Shown here: positions 24,301 to 34,284 of the stretch, piece after piece
Position numbering within the stretch: the stretch's first letter is position 1
Layout of the letters: each line of letters starts with the position of its first letter
From: Pecten maximus
Lineage: Eukaryota
Direction of reading: 5' to 3'
NCBI RefSeq assembly: GCF_902652985.1
Contig: NC_047021.1
Span: 6,386,001 to 6,450,000, forward strand
Length of the DNA: 64,000 bases
Notes under the pieces: generated by a model
What the model was told of the DNA's origin: nothing
What the model saw: the letters and a program-made list of their open reading frames with translations, nothing else
The model's database searches: none
Made by a program: the position numbers and the translations under genes

Positions 24301-27300
24301 TAACACTAATTTCACTTTCGGAGAAATCCCTAAAGTTATATACAAATGTGTCGTAGTGATGACACAGTGTTTTACCACTGTGCCAACCGACCACCCATCG
24401 CCGGAGTTTCAATTACTTAAATATATCTCTGTAATATTCATCTCTATGTGTTTTATAGTGTAATCTGTCTAGAAAATTAATTTTATCTCTACACATTTAA
24501 CACTGTTTCGTATGAATCTTACAGCAGTAACTCCCTAAATTTTAAAAACATTTAACATGGCAGAACTTGGTTAATCTCTTAAACATCTTGCTCAGCCATT
24601 TCAATATTTTTAAAACGTTATTTTCTTTCCAGATACCTCCGTGGTGGAGCAGATTCCGGATTCCGAAACGTCAAACCGGAAGAGTACAAGCCCAGATTGC
24701 TCCATTTCTGTGGAGACAGGCATAAGGTTGTAGTCACCCAGGTAAGTATTATAGTGTTTTATGCGTGGTTAACAGAGGTCTATCTCGGGGCGTGGTAAAC
24801 AGAGGTCTTTATATCTCGGGACGTGGTTAACAGAGGTCTATCTCGGGGCGTGGTAAATAGAGGTCTTTATATCTCGGGGCGTGGTAAATAGAGGTCTTTA
24901 TATCTCGGGGTGTGGTTAACAGAGGTCTATCTCGGGGTGTGGTAAATAGAGGTCTTTATATCTCGGGGTGTGGTTAACAGAGGTCTATCTCGGGGTGTGG
25001 TAAACAGAGGTCTTTATATCTCGGGGTGTGGTTAACAAAGGTCGATCTCGGGATGTGGTTAACAGAGGTCTATCTCGGGGCGTGGTTAACACATGTCTTT
25101 ATATCTCAGGGTTGGGTTAAAATAGGTCTTTATATCTCGGGGTTGAGTTAACAGAGGTTTTTATATCTCGGGGTGGGGTAAACATAGGTCTTTATATCTC
25201 AGGGTGGGGTTAACAGATCTTTATATCTCGGGGTGGGGTTAACACATTAGTCTGTATATCTCGGGGTTTGGTTAACAGAGGTCTTTATATCTTGGGTTGG
25301 GGTAAACATAGGTCTTTATATCTTGGGGTGGGGTTAACAGATCTTTATATCTCGGGGTGGGGTTAACACAAGTCTTTATATCTCTGGGTGGGGTCAACAG
25401 ATCTTTATATCTCGGGGTTTGGTTAACAGAGGTCTTTATATCTCGGATGGGGTTAACACAGGTCTTTATATCTCGGGTTGGGGTCAACAGAGGTCTTTAT
25501 ATCTCGGGGTGGGGTTAACACAAGTCTGTTTATCTCGGGGTGGGGTTAACAAAAGTCTGTATATCTCGGGGTGTGGTCAACACAAGTCTGTATATCTCGG
25601 GGTGGGGTTAACACAAGTCTGTATATCTCGGAGTGGGGTTAACACATGTCTTTATATCTCGAGGTTGGGTTAACACAGGTCGTTATATCCGGGGTTGGGT
25701 TAAGAGAGGTTTTTATATCTTGAAGTAGGGTTTACAGACGTCTTTCTGTGTTTTTCTTGATTGGGGTTCATAGAGATTTTTCTTTCCTGTGGGCTCAAAG
25801 AGATTTTTCTTTCCTGGGGGTTCATAGAGGTCTTCTTTTCCCGGGGAGGGAGTTCACAGAGGTCTTCCTTTCCCAGGGAAGGACTTCACGGAGGTCTTCC
25901 TTTCCCGGGGAGGGAGTTCACGGAGGTCTTCCTTTCCCAGGGAGGGAGTTCACGGAGGTCTTCCTTTCCCAGGGAAGGAGTTCACGGAGGTCTTCCTTTC
26001 CCAGGGAAGGAGTTCACGGAGGTCTTCCTTTCCCGGGGGAGGGAGTTCACGGAGGTCTTCCTTTCCCAGGGAAGGAGTTCACGGAGGTCTTCCTTTCCCG
26101 GGGAGGGAGTTCACGGAGGTCTTCCTTTCCAAGGGAAGGAGTTCACGGAGGTCTTCCTTTCCCGGGGAAGGAGTTCACGGAGGTCTTCCTTTCCCGGGGA
26201 GGGAGTTCACGGAGGTCTTCCTTTCCCGGGGAGGGAGTTCACGGAGGTCTTCCTTTCCCAGGGAAGAAGTTCACGGAGGTCTTCCTTTCCCGGGGAGGGA
26301 GTTCACGGAGGTCTTCCTTTCCCAGGGAAGGAGTTCACGGAGGTCTTCCTTTCCCGGGGAGGGAGTTCACGGAGGTCTTCCTTTCCTGGGGAGGGAGTTC
26401 ACGGAGGTCTTCCTTTCCCAGGGAAGGAGTTCACGGAGGTCTTCCTTTCCCGGAGAGGGAGTTCACGGAGGTCTTCCTTTCCTGGGGAGGGAGTTCACGG
26501 AGGACTTCCTTTCCCGGGGAAGAAGTTCACGGAGGTCTTCCTTTCCCAGGGAAGGAGTTCACGGAGGTCTTCCTTTCCCAGGGAAGGAGTTCACGGAGGT
26601 CTTCCTTTCCCGGGGAAGGAGATCACGGAGGTCTTCCTTTCCTGGGGAGGGAGTTCACGGAGGTCTTCCTTTCCCAGGGAGGGAGTTCACGGAGGTCTTT
26701 CTTTCCTGGGGAGGGAGTTCACGGAGGTCTTCCTTTCCCAGGGAAGGACTTCACGGAGGTCTTCCTTTCCCGGGGAGGGAGTTCACGGAGGTCTTCCTTT
26801 CCCGGGGAAGGACTTCACGGAGGTCTTCCTTTCCCAGGGAAGGACTTCACGGAGGTCTTCCTTTCCCGGGGAGGAAGTTCAAGGAGGTCTTCCTTTCCCG
26901 GGGAAGAAGTTCACGGAGGTCTTCCTTTCCCAGGGAAGGAGTTCACGGAGGTCTTCCTTTCCCGGGGAAGGAGATCACGGAGGTCTTCCTTTCCTGGGGA
27001 GGGAGTTCACGGAGGTCTTCCTTTCCCAGGGAGGGAGTTCACGGAGGTCTTTCTTTCCTGGGGAGGGAGTTCACGGAGGTCTTCCTTTCCCAGGGAAGGA
27101 CTTCACGGAGGTCTTCCTTTCCCGGGGAGGGAGTTCACGGAGGTCTTCCTTTCCCGGGGAAGGACTTCACGGAGGTCTTCCTTTCCCAGGGAAGGACTTC
27201 ACGGAGGTCTTCCTTTCCCGGGGAGGGAGTTCACGGAGGTCTTCCTTTCCCGGGGAAGGAGTTCACAGAGGTCTTCCTTTCCCAGGGAAGGAGTTCACGG

Positions 27301-30300
27301 AGGTCTTCCTTTCCCAGGGAGGGAGTTCACGGAGGTCTTCCTTTCCCAGGGAAGGAGTTCACAGAGGTCTTCCTTTCCCGGGGAGGGAGTTCACAGAGGT
27401 CTTCCTTTCCCAGGGAAGGACTTCACGGAGGTCTTCCTTTCTAGGGGAAGAAGTTCACGGAGGTCTTTCTTTCCCACGGAAGGAGTTCACGGAGGTCTTC
27501 CTTTCCCGGGGAAGGAGTTCACGGAGGTCTTTCTTTCCCGGGGAAGGAGTTCACGGAGGTCTTTCTTTCCCACGGAAGGACTTCACGGAGGTCTTTCTTT
27601 CCCGGGCAGGGAGTTCACGGAGGTCTTCCTTTCCAAGGGAAGGAGTTCACGGAGGTCTTCCTTTCCAAGGGAAGGAGTTCACGGAGGTCTTCCTTTCCTG
27701 GGGAGGGAGTTCACGGAGGTCTTTCTTTCCTGGGGAGGGAGTTCACGGAGGTCTTCCTTTCCTGGGGAGGGAGTTCACGGAGGTCTTCCTTTCCAAGGGA
27801 AGGAGTTCACGGAGGTCTTCCTTTCCCGGGGAAGGAGTTCACGGAGGTCTTCCTTTCCCAGGGAAGGAGTTCACGGAGGTCTTCCTTTCCCGGGGAAGGA
27901 GTTCACCGCGGTCTTTCTTTCCCGGGGAAGGAGTTCACGGAGGTCTTCCTTTGCCAGGTTGAGATTCACAAAGGTCATTCTTTCTTCGAAGTGGGGTTGA
28001 TAGAGGTCTTTTCCCTTGTTGGGGTTCATAGAGCTTTCTGTCAATTTTGTTTTTGATGGTCTGATGGGATAGCTTAACTCTTGATACTTTGATGAAAAAT
28101 AAAATATATTAAAGTGTATTTGTGTGAGTCATGACATGTGGTGGTCGTACACTAGAGACCATTCATCCGTCATTACAAATTACTGTGAATATTATTATTA
28201 ACAGATCCCCCGAGGTAAGAAACTCGATTCTGGAGATGTTTACATCCTTGACCTAGGAAAGATGATTTATCAATGGAACGGCAAAGGAGCAAACAAAGAC
28301 GAGAAGTTGAAGGTAGGGATTATAAAGGTTATAAATGTAAGGATAATAATGTTTTTGATATTGGTGATTACTTCATGACGTAACGCTAGCGACTTCGTTC
28401 ATAAAACGTTACGGAATACTAGATCATAAGGGCTGTCAATAGGGGCTGTCAATAAGGGATGTCAATAAGGGCTGTCAATAAGGGCCGTCAATAAGGGCTC
28501 TCAGTAAGGACTCTCAATAAGGGATGTCAATAAGGGCTGTCAATAAGGGATGCCAATAAGGGATGTCAATAAGGGCTGTCAATAAGGGATGTCAATAAGG
28601 GCTGTCAATAGGGGCTGTCAATAAGAGCCGTCAATAAGGGATGTCAATAAGGGCTCTCAATAAGGGATGTCAATAAGGGATGTCAATAAGGGATGTCACT
28701 AAGGGCTGTCAATAGGGGCTGTCAATAAGGGATGTCAATAAGGGCTCTCAATAAGGGATGTCAATAAGGGCTGTCAATAAGGGCTGTCAATAAGGACTGT
28801 CACTCAATAAAGCACCTGTAACACTGGTAGATACTGATAACTAGAAACCTCTGGATCAATAAAAGATGTCCCTCTTCTAAGATAAATATATTTTTTTTTT
28901 ACAGGTACATATATTACATGGTATAATGAATACAGACATATCATTACAGCAGTAAGATGTACAATATGTATTAAGTGATGAATAAAAAAAAAAAAAAGGA
29001 TTGGTTGGTTTTTTTTGGAATACAGAGACAAACAAACAAACAACCTTCCACTCACGCTTTCTCTCATTTTAATATATTGTGTTTAAAGGTATAAAAAAAA
29101 GAAAAACTTTTGACTTACTTTTAAGTACATGTTATGATATGTGTGAAGAAGATCTGAAAAATTATTCACTTATATAGACCATTTTTTCACAAAACTATCA
29201 TACTCCATGTTGTTTTTGTAAATTACCTCCTCTGTTTTTAGATACAAATCTAGTTCTTTTATGAATCCATTAATACAGGGGAGACAATTTTTAATTTTTT
29301 GTTTATAAATATGGAATTTTGCTATTAATACTAACGTATTGAGATATTTGACTTCTTGATCTTTATGTAACTTTCCCAAGATTACATCAGTAACATGTAA
29401 TTGTAAATTAGTTAAAGTATTATCATATAGCCATACTTTGAAATCTTCCCAGAAGATTGCTACTAGTCTGCATTCCCAAAAAATGTGGACTATAGTTTCT
29501 GTATGACGGTTACAAAAAGTACATAATGGAGAGTCCTTTAGGTTTATCATATGTAGATATTTGTTTGTACTTATAATCCTGTGTATTATTCTATATTGAA
29601 ACCATCTTAATTTGATTTCGTATAAGGTGTGAAGTTATGTGGTATGTTCCTTGATCACGTGTGAATAAATGACAACTTGGTTGTCGGATATTTCAGCTGT
29701 CTATTTTATTGTTCGCCTTTCTAGGCTGCTCAATACTTAGTAGAACTTAAAGGAGTGCGCTGCGGAAAGGCTAAGTCGGAAGTCCTGGAAGAAGAGGATG
29801 TTAAAGAGGGCGTAAGTTAAATATCTCAAGTACTATAACTGTAATAATGACATATTACAAACTGAAACTTTTAATTTCAATGTTTATAATGGACATTTTG
29901 ATAGAAAATATCGACTCTATATTTTTAAATTGCATATATTTACATTTGGATAAATCTATAATTAGAATGGAAACATAAACAAGTTTTCTGACTCGAAGAT
30001 AACAGAACTAACTCAATTACAGCACTGACTCGGTAACAGCACTGACTCGGTAACAGCACTGACTCGGTAACAGCACTGACTCGGTAACAGCACTGACTCG
30101 GTAACAGCACTGACTCGGTAGCACTGACTCGGTAACAGCACTGACTCAGTAACAGCACTGACGCGATAACAGCACTGACGCGATAACAGTGTTATCTGTA
30201 AAATAATGAGAGACACGATTCGAGTGCACAGACCAATAATCTATGGTATCAACAAGAATTCCACAAAAGTGGATTTGTGGCCTCCGCTGCAAGCTAGGAT

Positions 30301-33042
30301 TTGAATTTTAAAACAAGCAAGCACTTCCTATAAGAAAGCAATGTATCAAGTTTGAGTTTGATTGGCCCAAGGGATCTCAACTTATCACAAGGAAACATAT
30401 TTTCTATTTATAGTAGCAAGGACCTTTAACATTCGAACCTAAAAAGCAGTCATAAGGAAGCAATTTTGGTAAGGAAGCACTGTGTGAAGTTTGAGTTTGA
30501 TTGGCCGAAGGTAGCTCGAGTTATTGCATGGAAACCAATTTCCTATTGATAGAAACATGTAGTGACCTTACCTTTGACCTTTGAACCTGAAAAGCAATCC
30601 CAACCATGTACGTTCGGTAAGAAAGCACAGTATGAAGTTTGATTTTGATTGGCCAGAGGGAATTCAAGTTATTGCACGGAAACCATTGTGTGGACGCCGC
30701 CGCCGCCGCCGCCGTATATATATATGCAACCTTTTCAAGGCGACGCAAAAATGATGCAAGTTTTATTGAAGTATTTATTTCATAATTTTTAGGACGAGTT
30801 CTCAAGCAAATTGGGTATTGATAAAGAAGAGGAAGAGGAGGACTTCTCACAATCAACCATTCAACAATCTCAGAGGGAAGAGAAAAAACTGTTCAGGTAC
30901 TTTATGTTGTGGTCGCTGTAAAAATTTACTGACGAGAGAATATCACATTATACCTCAAGGTTACTTTTTACTTAATATCTTTGTTGTATCAATAACAATC
31001 AATCTATACAAAGGTATCAAGATCTGTCTTGGTGTTCCAATACACTATCCAAATAAGATTTACCAATACTGTAATCATGTTTTATTATAGAGTGTCAGAC
31101 GCCTCTGGGAAGATGAACATGAAGCTGGAGAAATCTGGTCGTGTCGACAGGGGCGATTTTGATACCAATGTAAGTTATTGTTTCTCTGTCATATTGTAGT
31201 TAGTAGTCATTATAATGTAAGTTATTGTTTCCACTACATTTTGTAGTTAGTATTCATTACAATGTAAGTTATTGTTCCCCCTACATATTGTAGTTAGTAG
31301 TCATTATAATGTAAGTTATTGTTCCCCCTACATATTGTAGTTAGTAGTCATTACAATGTAAGTTATTGTTTCTATGTCATATTGTAGTAAGTATTCATTA
31401 TAATGTAAGTTATTGTTTCTATGTCATATTGTAGTTAGTATTCATTATAATGTAAGTTATTGTTTCCCTTACATTTTGTAGTTAGTATTCATTATAGTGT
31501 AAGTTATTGTTTCCCTTACATTTTGTAACATTACAACGACAAAAACACAAATTACGTAATTACAGCCTCACTTTTGTTTTCTCTAGGTTCTTCCAAACGT
31601 TAAGATTTTTATCACAATGACTCTCCCTTTATTTGTACAGGACGTTTTCATATACGATACCTCCGATAACCTGTTTGTTTGGATTGGCAAACAAAGTACT
31701 AACGACGAAAAGAAGAACGCCATGACGTACGCACATGTAAGTACATTGATCAGGATGGGGCGCCATTTTACTGTTTTGTTCCCATTTTTAATATCACTTA
31801 AATGTCTAAATGGAAGGGTGATATCACTTAAATGTCTAAGTTGAAGCGTGATATCACTTAAATGTCTAAGTGGAAGGGTGATATAACTTAAACGTCTAAG
31901 TTAAAGGGTGATATCACTTTAATGTCTAAGTTGAAGGGTGATATCACTTTAATGTCTAAATGGAAGCGTGATATCACTTAAACGTCTAAGTTGAGAGCGT
32001 GATATCACTTAAATGTCTAAGTTGAAGCGTGATATCACTTAAATGTCTAAGTTGAAGCGTGATTTCACTAAAATGATTAAGTTGAAGGGTGATATCACTT
32101 AAATGGCTTAGTGGAAGGGTGATATCACTTAAACGTCTAAGTGGAAGGGTGATATCACTTAAATGTCTAAGTTGAAGGGTGATTTCACTTAAATGTCTAA
32201 GTTGAAGGGTGATATCACTTAAATGTCTAAGTAGAAGGGTGAAATCACTTTAATGTCTAAATGGAAGAGTGATATCACTTGAATTTCTTAGTTGAAGGGT
32301 GATATCACTTAAATGTCTAAGTAGAAGGTGATATTACTTAAATGTCTAAGTGGAAGCGTGATATCACTTATATGTCTAAATGTATCGTATTGATTATTAG
32401 TCATATATATATAGTAATTACGATAGTACAGAAAATAAAAATTTTTAGGCAGTCTGTTATGGCACGGGAAGGATGTCATAATTAAATATTTTTGCCTATA
32501 GGCTTTGGCAAAAATATTTAATTATGACATCCTTTCCGCGCCATAGTCTGTCCCTTTATCAAGACATAAGTAAATTACTGTATTGCCACCATAACTACAT
32601 GACCAATTATATTACTATATACATATATTGTTGTGTTGATCTTTTATGGCCTTTTATGTAAAAAAAAAAAAACACAAAAAAACCAATGTTGTTTTTTAGG
32701 ATAATTATTAATTTTTATGCAGTTTCTTATTAAGACCTTCATTTTACTGGAGAGATTAAGCATTAAACTTTTCAACTTTCAGCTATCCGTGTAATCGGTT
32801 GGCAATTTCGATCCAAATGGCTAACACTATTTTTTCAGACATACATATATTAAAAAATTAGCAGGATACATGAAAGTGGTGAACTGGTGATCAATGTCCT
32901 ACTAATGATTGATAATAACTCTATGATATCCCCGTTTATCACACAGCATTACCTGATGAAGAGCAATCACCCACTCATCCCGGTCACCTGTTTATCGGAG
33001 GGAAAGAATAACCGTGCTTTCGACACTGCCCTGGCCGCGTAA
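9331..33042 (+). CDS. Gelsolin-like protein (three gelsolin domains, severin/fragmin size), 13 coding exons, 371 aa
   Basis: Exons 9331-9337, 10845-10925, 16768-16841, 17343-17417, 18300-18371, 22642-22769, 24633-24741, 28205-28312, 29725-29811, 30793-30896, 31091-31169, 31641-31736, 32947-33042. All introns are GT-AG, phases are consistent, total 1116 nt. Motifs: [93 protein letters not shown]. Confidence 0.95.
10305..10820. repeat. ~46-bp minisatellite ending just upstream of an acceptor
   Basis: Unit acaggtataatacataccacacctgtaaaggcagtcaatgtcactg; the last copies carry an insertion. Confidence 0.9.
10845..10925 (+). CDS. Gelsolin-like coding exon 2
   Basis: [27 protein letters not shown]; ccag acceptor, gtaagt donor. 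Confidence 0.95.
11640..13300. mobile_element. Nested cluster of non-autonomous DNA-transposon/MITE-like fragments
   Basis: Dispersed duplicates 12211-12285 ~ 12857-12935 and ~12050-12200 ~ ~12950-13130, plus a long inverted repeat at 13140-13252. Confidence 0.55.
13865..15890. repeat. 47-bp minisatellite, ~43 copies
   Basis: Unit aaaacagtccatcagagaaagcctgcacaacattataccacacgact. Confidence 0.97.
16768..16841 (+). CDS. Gelsolin-like coding exon 3
   Basis: [24 protein letters not shown]; ttacag acceptor, gtaggt donor. Confidence 0.95.
16833..17194 (+). repeat. 60-bp tandem repeat x6 containing the exon 3 end and its donor
   Basis: aggatcgtg|gtaggtggagctctagtacacaccaatcaggttctacacgcgtttgtagtc; donors at 16842+60n. 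Confidence 0.97.
17343..17417 (+). CDS. Gelsolin-like coding exon 4
   Basis: [25 protein letters not shown]. Confidence 0.95.
18131..18179 (+). pseudogene. Dead partial duplicate of gelsolin exon 5 with its acceptor
   Basis: ttttag|acattcaaaaaaaggcggagaagaattgctttatgatgttcatttctag compared with the exon at 18300: 2-nt deletion, TGG>TAG, no donor. Confidence 0.9.
18300..18371 (+). CDS. Gelsolin-like coding exon 5
   Basis: [24 protein letters not shown]; tttcag acceptor, gtaaga donor. Confidence 0.95.
18400..20785 (+). repeat. 61-bp minisatellite, ~39 copies, homologous to the exon 5 end and donor
   Basis: Unit gtaaaacacgctgatattgacacagttaatgactggtaatgtgggtaggtacagaacacag. Confidence 0.97.
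21194..22456. repeat. 41-bp minisatellite, ~30 copies
   Basis: Unit gccttgtgtgacaggccatctcgtcagagtgaagtggtact. Confidence 0.97.
22642..22769 (+). CDS. Gelsolin-like coding exon 6
   Basis: [43 protein letters not shown]. Confidence 0.96.
22855..24175. repeat. 58/66-bp minisatellite
   Basis: Unit tataatagaggttaaaggtcac(a/g)tatcta[catgtgta]tataatgtaaaggctgtgaacgcttactg. Confidence 0.95.
24633..24741 (+). CDS. Gelsolin-like coding exon 7
   Basis: [36 protein letters not shown]. Confidence 0.95.
24763..25745. repeat. 27/31-bp minisatellite
   Basis: Unit ggggtggggttaacagaggtctttatatctc and a 4-bp shorter variant. Confidence 0.93.
25760..28035. repeat. 32-bp GC-rich minisatellite, ~70 copies
   Basis: Unit gggagttcacggaggtcttcctttcccgggga; source of the 750/733-aa artefact ORFs. 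Confidence 0.97.
28205..28312 (+). CDS. Gelsolin-like coding exon 8
   Basis: [36 protein letters not shown]. Confidence 0.95.
28426..28802. repeat. 13-bp minisatellite
   Basis: Unit caataaggg(c/a)tgt. Confidence 0.95.
28891..29625 (-). mobile_element. 5'-truncated L1/Tx1-type non-LTR retrotransposon (ORF2 C-terminal zinc-binding region + 3' UTR)
   Basis: [48 protein letters not shown]... (zf-RVT-like CxxC...H...C) ending at stop 29170; A-run at 28891-28900 on the minus strand. Confidence 0.88.
29725..29811 (+). CDS. Gelsolin-like coding exon 9
   Basis: [29 protein letters not shown]. Confidence 0.92.
30017..30190. repeat. 17-bp minisatellite
   Basis: Unit taacagcactgactcgg. Confidence 0.95.
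30251..30751. mobile_element. Helentron-associated non-autonomous element (HINE/pearl-like), degenerate
   Basis: aacaaga start, ~3 diverged core repeats (aagtttgagtttgattggcc...tgacctttgacc), (GCC)n microsatellite, terminal stem remnant and A-run. Confidence 0.75.
30793..30896 (+). CDS. Gelsolin-like coding exon 10
   Basis: [35 protein letters not shown]. Confidence 0.9.
31091..31169 (+). CDS. Gelsolin-like coding exon 11
   Basis: [26 protein letters not shown]. Confidence 0.95.
31167..31535 (+). repeat. 47-bp tandem repeat x8 containing the exon 11 donor
   Basis: aat|gtaagttattgttt...tgtagttagtagtcattat; donors at 31170+47n. Confidence 0.95.
31641..31736 (+). CDS. Gelsolin-like coding exon 12
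   Basis: [32 protein letters not shown]. Confidence 0.95.
31790..32382. repeat. 30-bp minisatellite
   Basis: Unit gatatcacttaaatgtctaagttgaagggt. Confidence 0.95.
32459..32544. repeat. Near-perfect inverted repeat (38-bp arms), probable MITE remnant
   Basis: atggcacgggaaggatgtcataattaaatatttttgcc / ggcaaaaatatttaattatgacatcctttccgcgccat. Confidence 0.85.
32947..33042 (+). CDS. Gelsolin-like terminal coding exon 13
   Basis: [31 protein letters not shown], then TAA at 33040-33042. Confidence 0.95.
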   Translation, partial: HYLMKSNHPLIPVTCLSEGKNNRAFDTALAA

Positions 33043-34181
33043 CTGTTGACTGACACCGGAGTTCTGTCTTGTCATCATAATGGAATTCTCTCCAGTCTGG
33101 AAATCTGTGTAAAACAGACTTAAACCGATGCCTTCTTTCGTGAACTAAGATTAAACGTCAGATTGCTTTATTGAAAATAACTCTATAATAATACAAAACA
33201 ATGATAATACAATATTCGCTATTATCTAGACAATGCTACTATTAACATTAGCAAGACATTTTAATATAACTAAGTGTACATGTATAGCTAATAGTAATCT
33301 TATGTTAGAGTTCTCTTCCTTCTATTGTAGCAGTTTAAATATTGACCACTAGAAGGCACTGTGACTAGAAAGGATCTCGACCAGGATGTCAGCACGAGTG
33401 TACCGATTAGTGCATTTAGTGAATAATCTATTTCTTGAAAGATTAAGAATTCTTGTTCGATTACGTGTTAAACATACAAGCACTGAAAGGAGTCGTTGTT
33501 AATTGGATGACATTGTCATCGTAAATTAGAATTATTTTGTCAGAGACAAGTGTCAGCTTTCATGTCCTTACTCCTATCACGGATCTGTGATTTAAATTAC
33601 ATGTAACAGACACCCAAAATGTCTCTCTTTGAAACAAACATGTTCGACTTAAAAAGTCAGTACACAGGGTATAGGTCAGGTAATCAGACCTACATGTACT
33701 TAGAGTTTAGAGGAAGCATTGGCACCTGCCTTATAGTACATAGGGGTTTGTATATTTACATTACACAGGGGTTTGTATACGCGTGTTCACTATCAACTAT
33801 ATATTGGAGTGTTCTTTCAATCAAAAATGTGCTTAGAATATTAACAGTACTGAATTTACTATTTGTGTATGTTTATATGTCAACTTATTTACATAGCAAT
33901 ACAATCGTTTTCCATATTTTTCTGTGTGGTGGTGTTATGTATACTGACATCACCTATCCAGACAGATCCATGATATCACAGTTTTAAGACACCACAGTTC
34001 CATGACATTACAGCTTTATATTTACCATTGTATGGCACTGCCACTATATAACCCTACCAATTCAGTTGCGAGTTCACCAGCTTATGAACTGCCAACTGAA
34101 ATTTGAATTTGAAAATTTCAAAAAAAAAAACGCACGACAAATAAAAAATCGCAGATGGTAAATATAAGCATTGAACGGCTT

Positions 34182-34284
34182 TCAGTTGGCATTCATAGTC
34201 GATATGAATGCCAACTGGATAGAGGCAAATTCAACATGAAGCGCTAGCCCGCTTCATGGAATTTGCCTCTGTCCAGTTGGCATT
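34182..34284. repeat. Overlapping foldback inverted repeats
   Basis: aatgccaactggatagaggcaaattc...catgaagcg / cgcttcatggaatttgcctctgtccagttggcatt. Confidence 0.85.

Noticed and set aside
25748-28000. 750-aa and 733-aa ORFs
   Set aside because: Translations of a 32-bp intronic satellite; the same peptide cycles through all frames.
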